A DNA stretch of 39,097 bases from an uncultured Gammaproteobacteria bacterium (GTDB lineage Bacteria; Patescibacteriota; Patescibacteriia; GCA-002772895), in assembly GCA_964522845.1 (NCBI GenBank), contig CAZFZQ010000002.1:1-39097 (forward strand), given 5' to 3'. Position numbers and translations under genes: made by a program. How positions within the stretch are numbered: the stretch's first letter is position 1; every line of letters begins with the position of its first letter. Positions 39,049 through 39,097 of the stretch are shown piece by piece. The notes below the pieces were generated by a model. The model saw only the letters and a program-made list of their open reading frames with translations. It made no database searches and had not been told where the DNA came from.

Positions 39049-39097
39049 TAGGGATGCTAATTACGAATAATTTACGAATATACGAATTACGAAAATA
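39049..39097 (+). repeat. Start of another word-array spacer (TACGAAT words), cut by the window edge
   Basis: TTACGAATAATTTACGAATATACGAATTACGAAAATA. Confidence 0.5.

Noticed and set aside
1-39097. Alternative genetic code (for example UGA recoding, as in some candidate phyla)
   Set aside because: Conserved genes terminate at TGA, TAA and TAG at the expected lengths (for example rarA, the 8548 gene and the first ligase end in TGA). No in-frame stops interrupt conserved genes.

Overview
AT-rich segment that reads like a reduced Patescibacteria/CPR-type chromosome (inference). The basis is domain-minimal housekeeping proteins, an archaeal-type UMP kinase, many NUDIX genes and PaaX-like and DUF559 genes. 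Standard genetic code: TGA, TAA and TAG all terminate conserved genes. Almost everything is on the + strand.

Gene order: mutM 3' end, ClpP-like protease, M16 peptidase, mltG. Then a SAM-I-like riboswitch controlling an unknown protein, an M20 amidohydrolase and a small acidic ORF. Then metK, a DUF4015 glycosidase-like protein, a zinc-ribbon protein, uvrD/pcrA, two small minus-strand membrane proteins, pyrH, a NUDIX gene and rplJ-rplL behind a structured leader. Then DUF218, rarA-pbp2-murF-GATase, and two GCS2 carboxylate-amine ligases each followed by a micro-ORF. Then a tRNA-Glu fragment, a GIY-YIG gene and an intact tRNA-Glu(CUC), followed by yidC, an SPFH protein, NUDIX, metG, cvpA and mnmA. 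Then a PaaX-like regulator with twin palindromic sites, a three-gene minus-strand orphan island, alaS, a NUDIX cluster, DUF559, and infA-rpmJ-rpsM-rpsK-rpsD-rpoA-rplQ.

Main second-look items:
1. The ligase / micro-ORF / ligase / micro-ORF operon behind a perfect 30-bp palindrome.
2. GC-rich palindromic elements inserted in frame in at least eight housekeeping genes and in a tRNA D-loop.
3. Operon spacers built from gene-specific 7-9 nt word arrays that fold stop codon to start codon.
4. A SAM-riboswitch-controlled orphan gene next to metK.

All coordinates and motifs were read by eye. No searches or folding programs were run.
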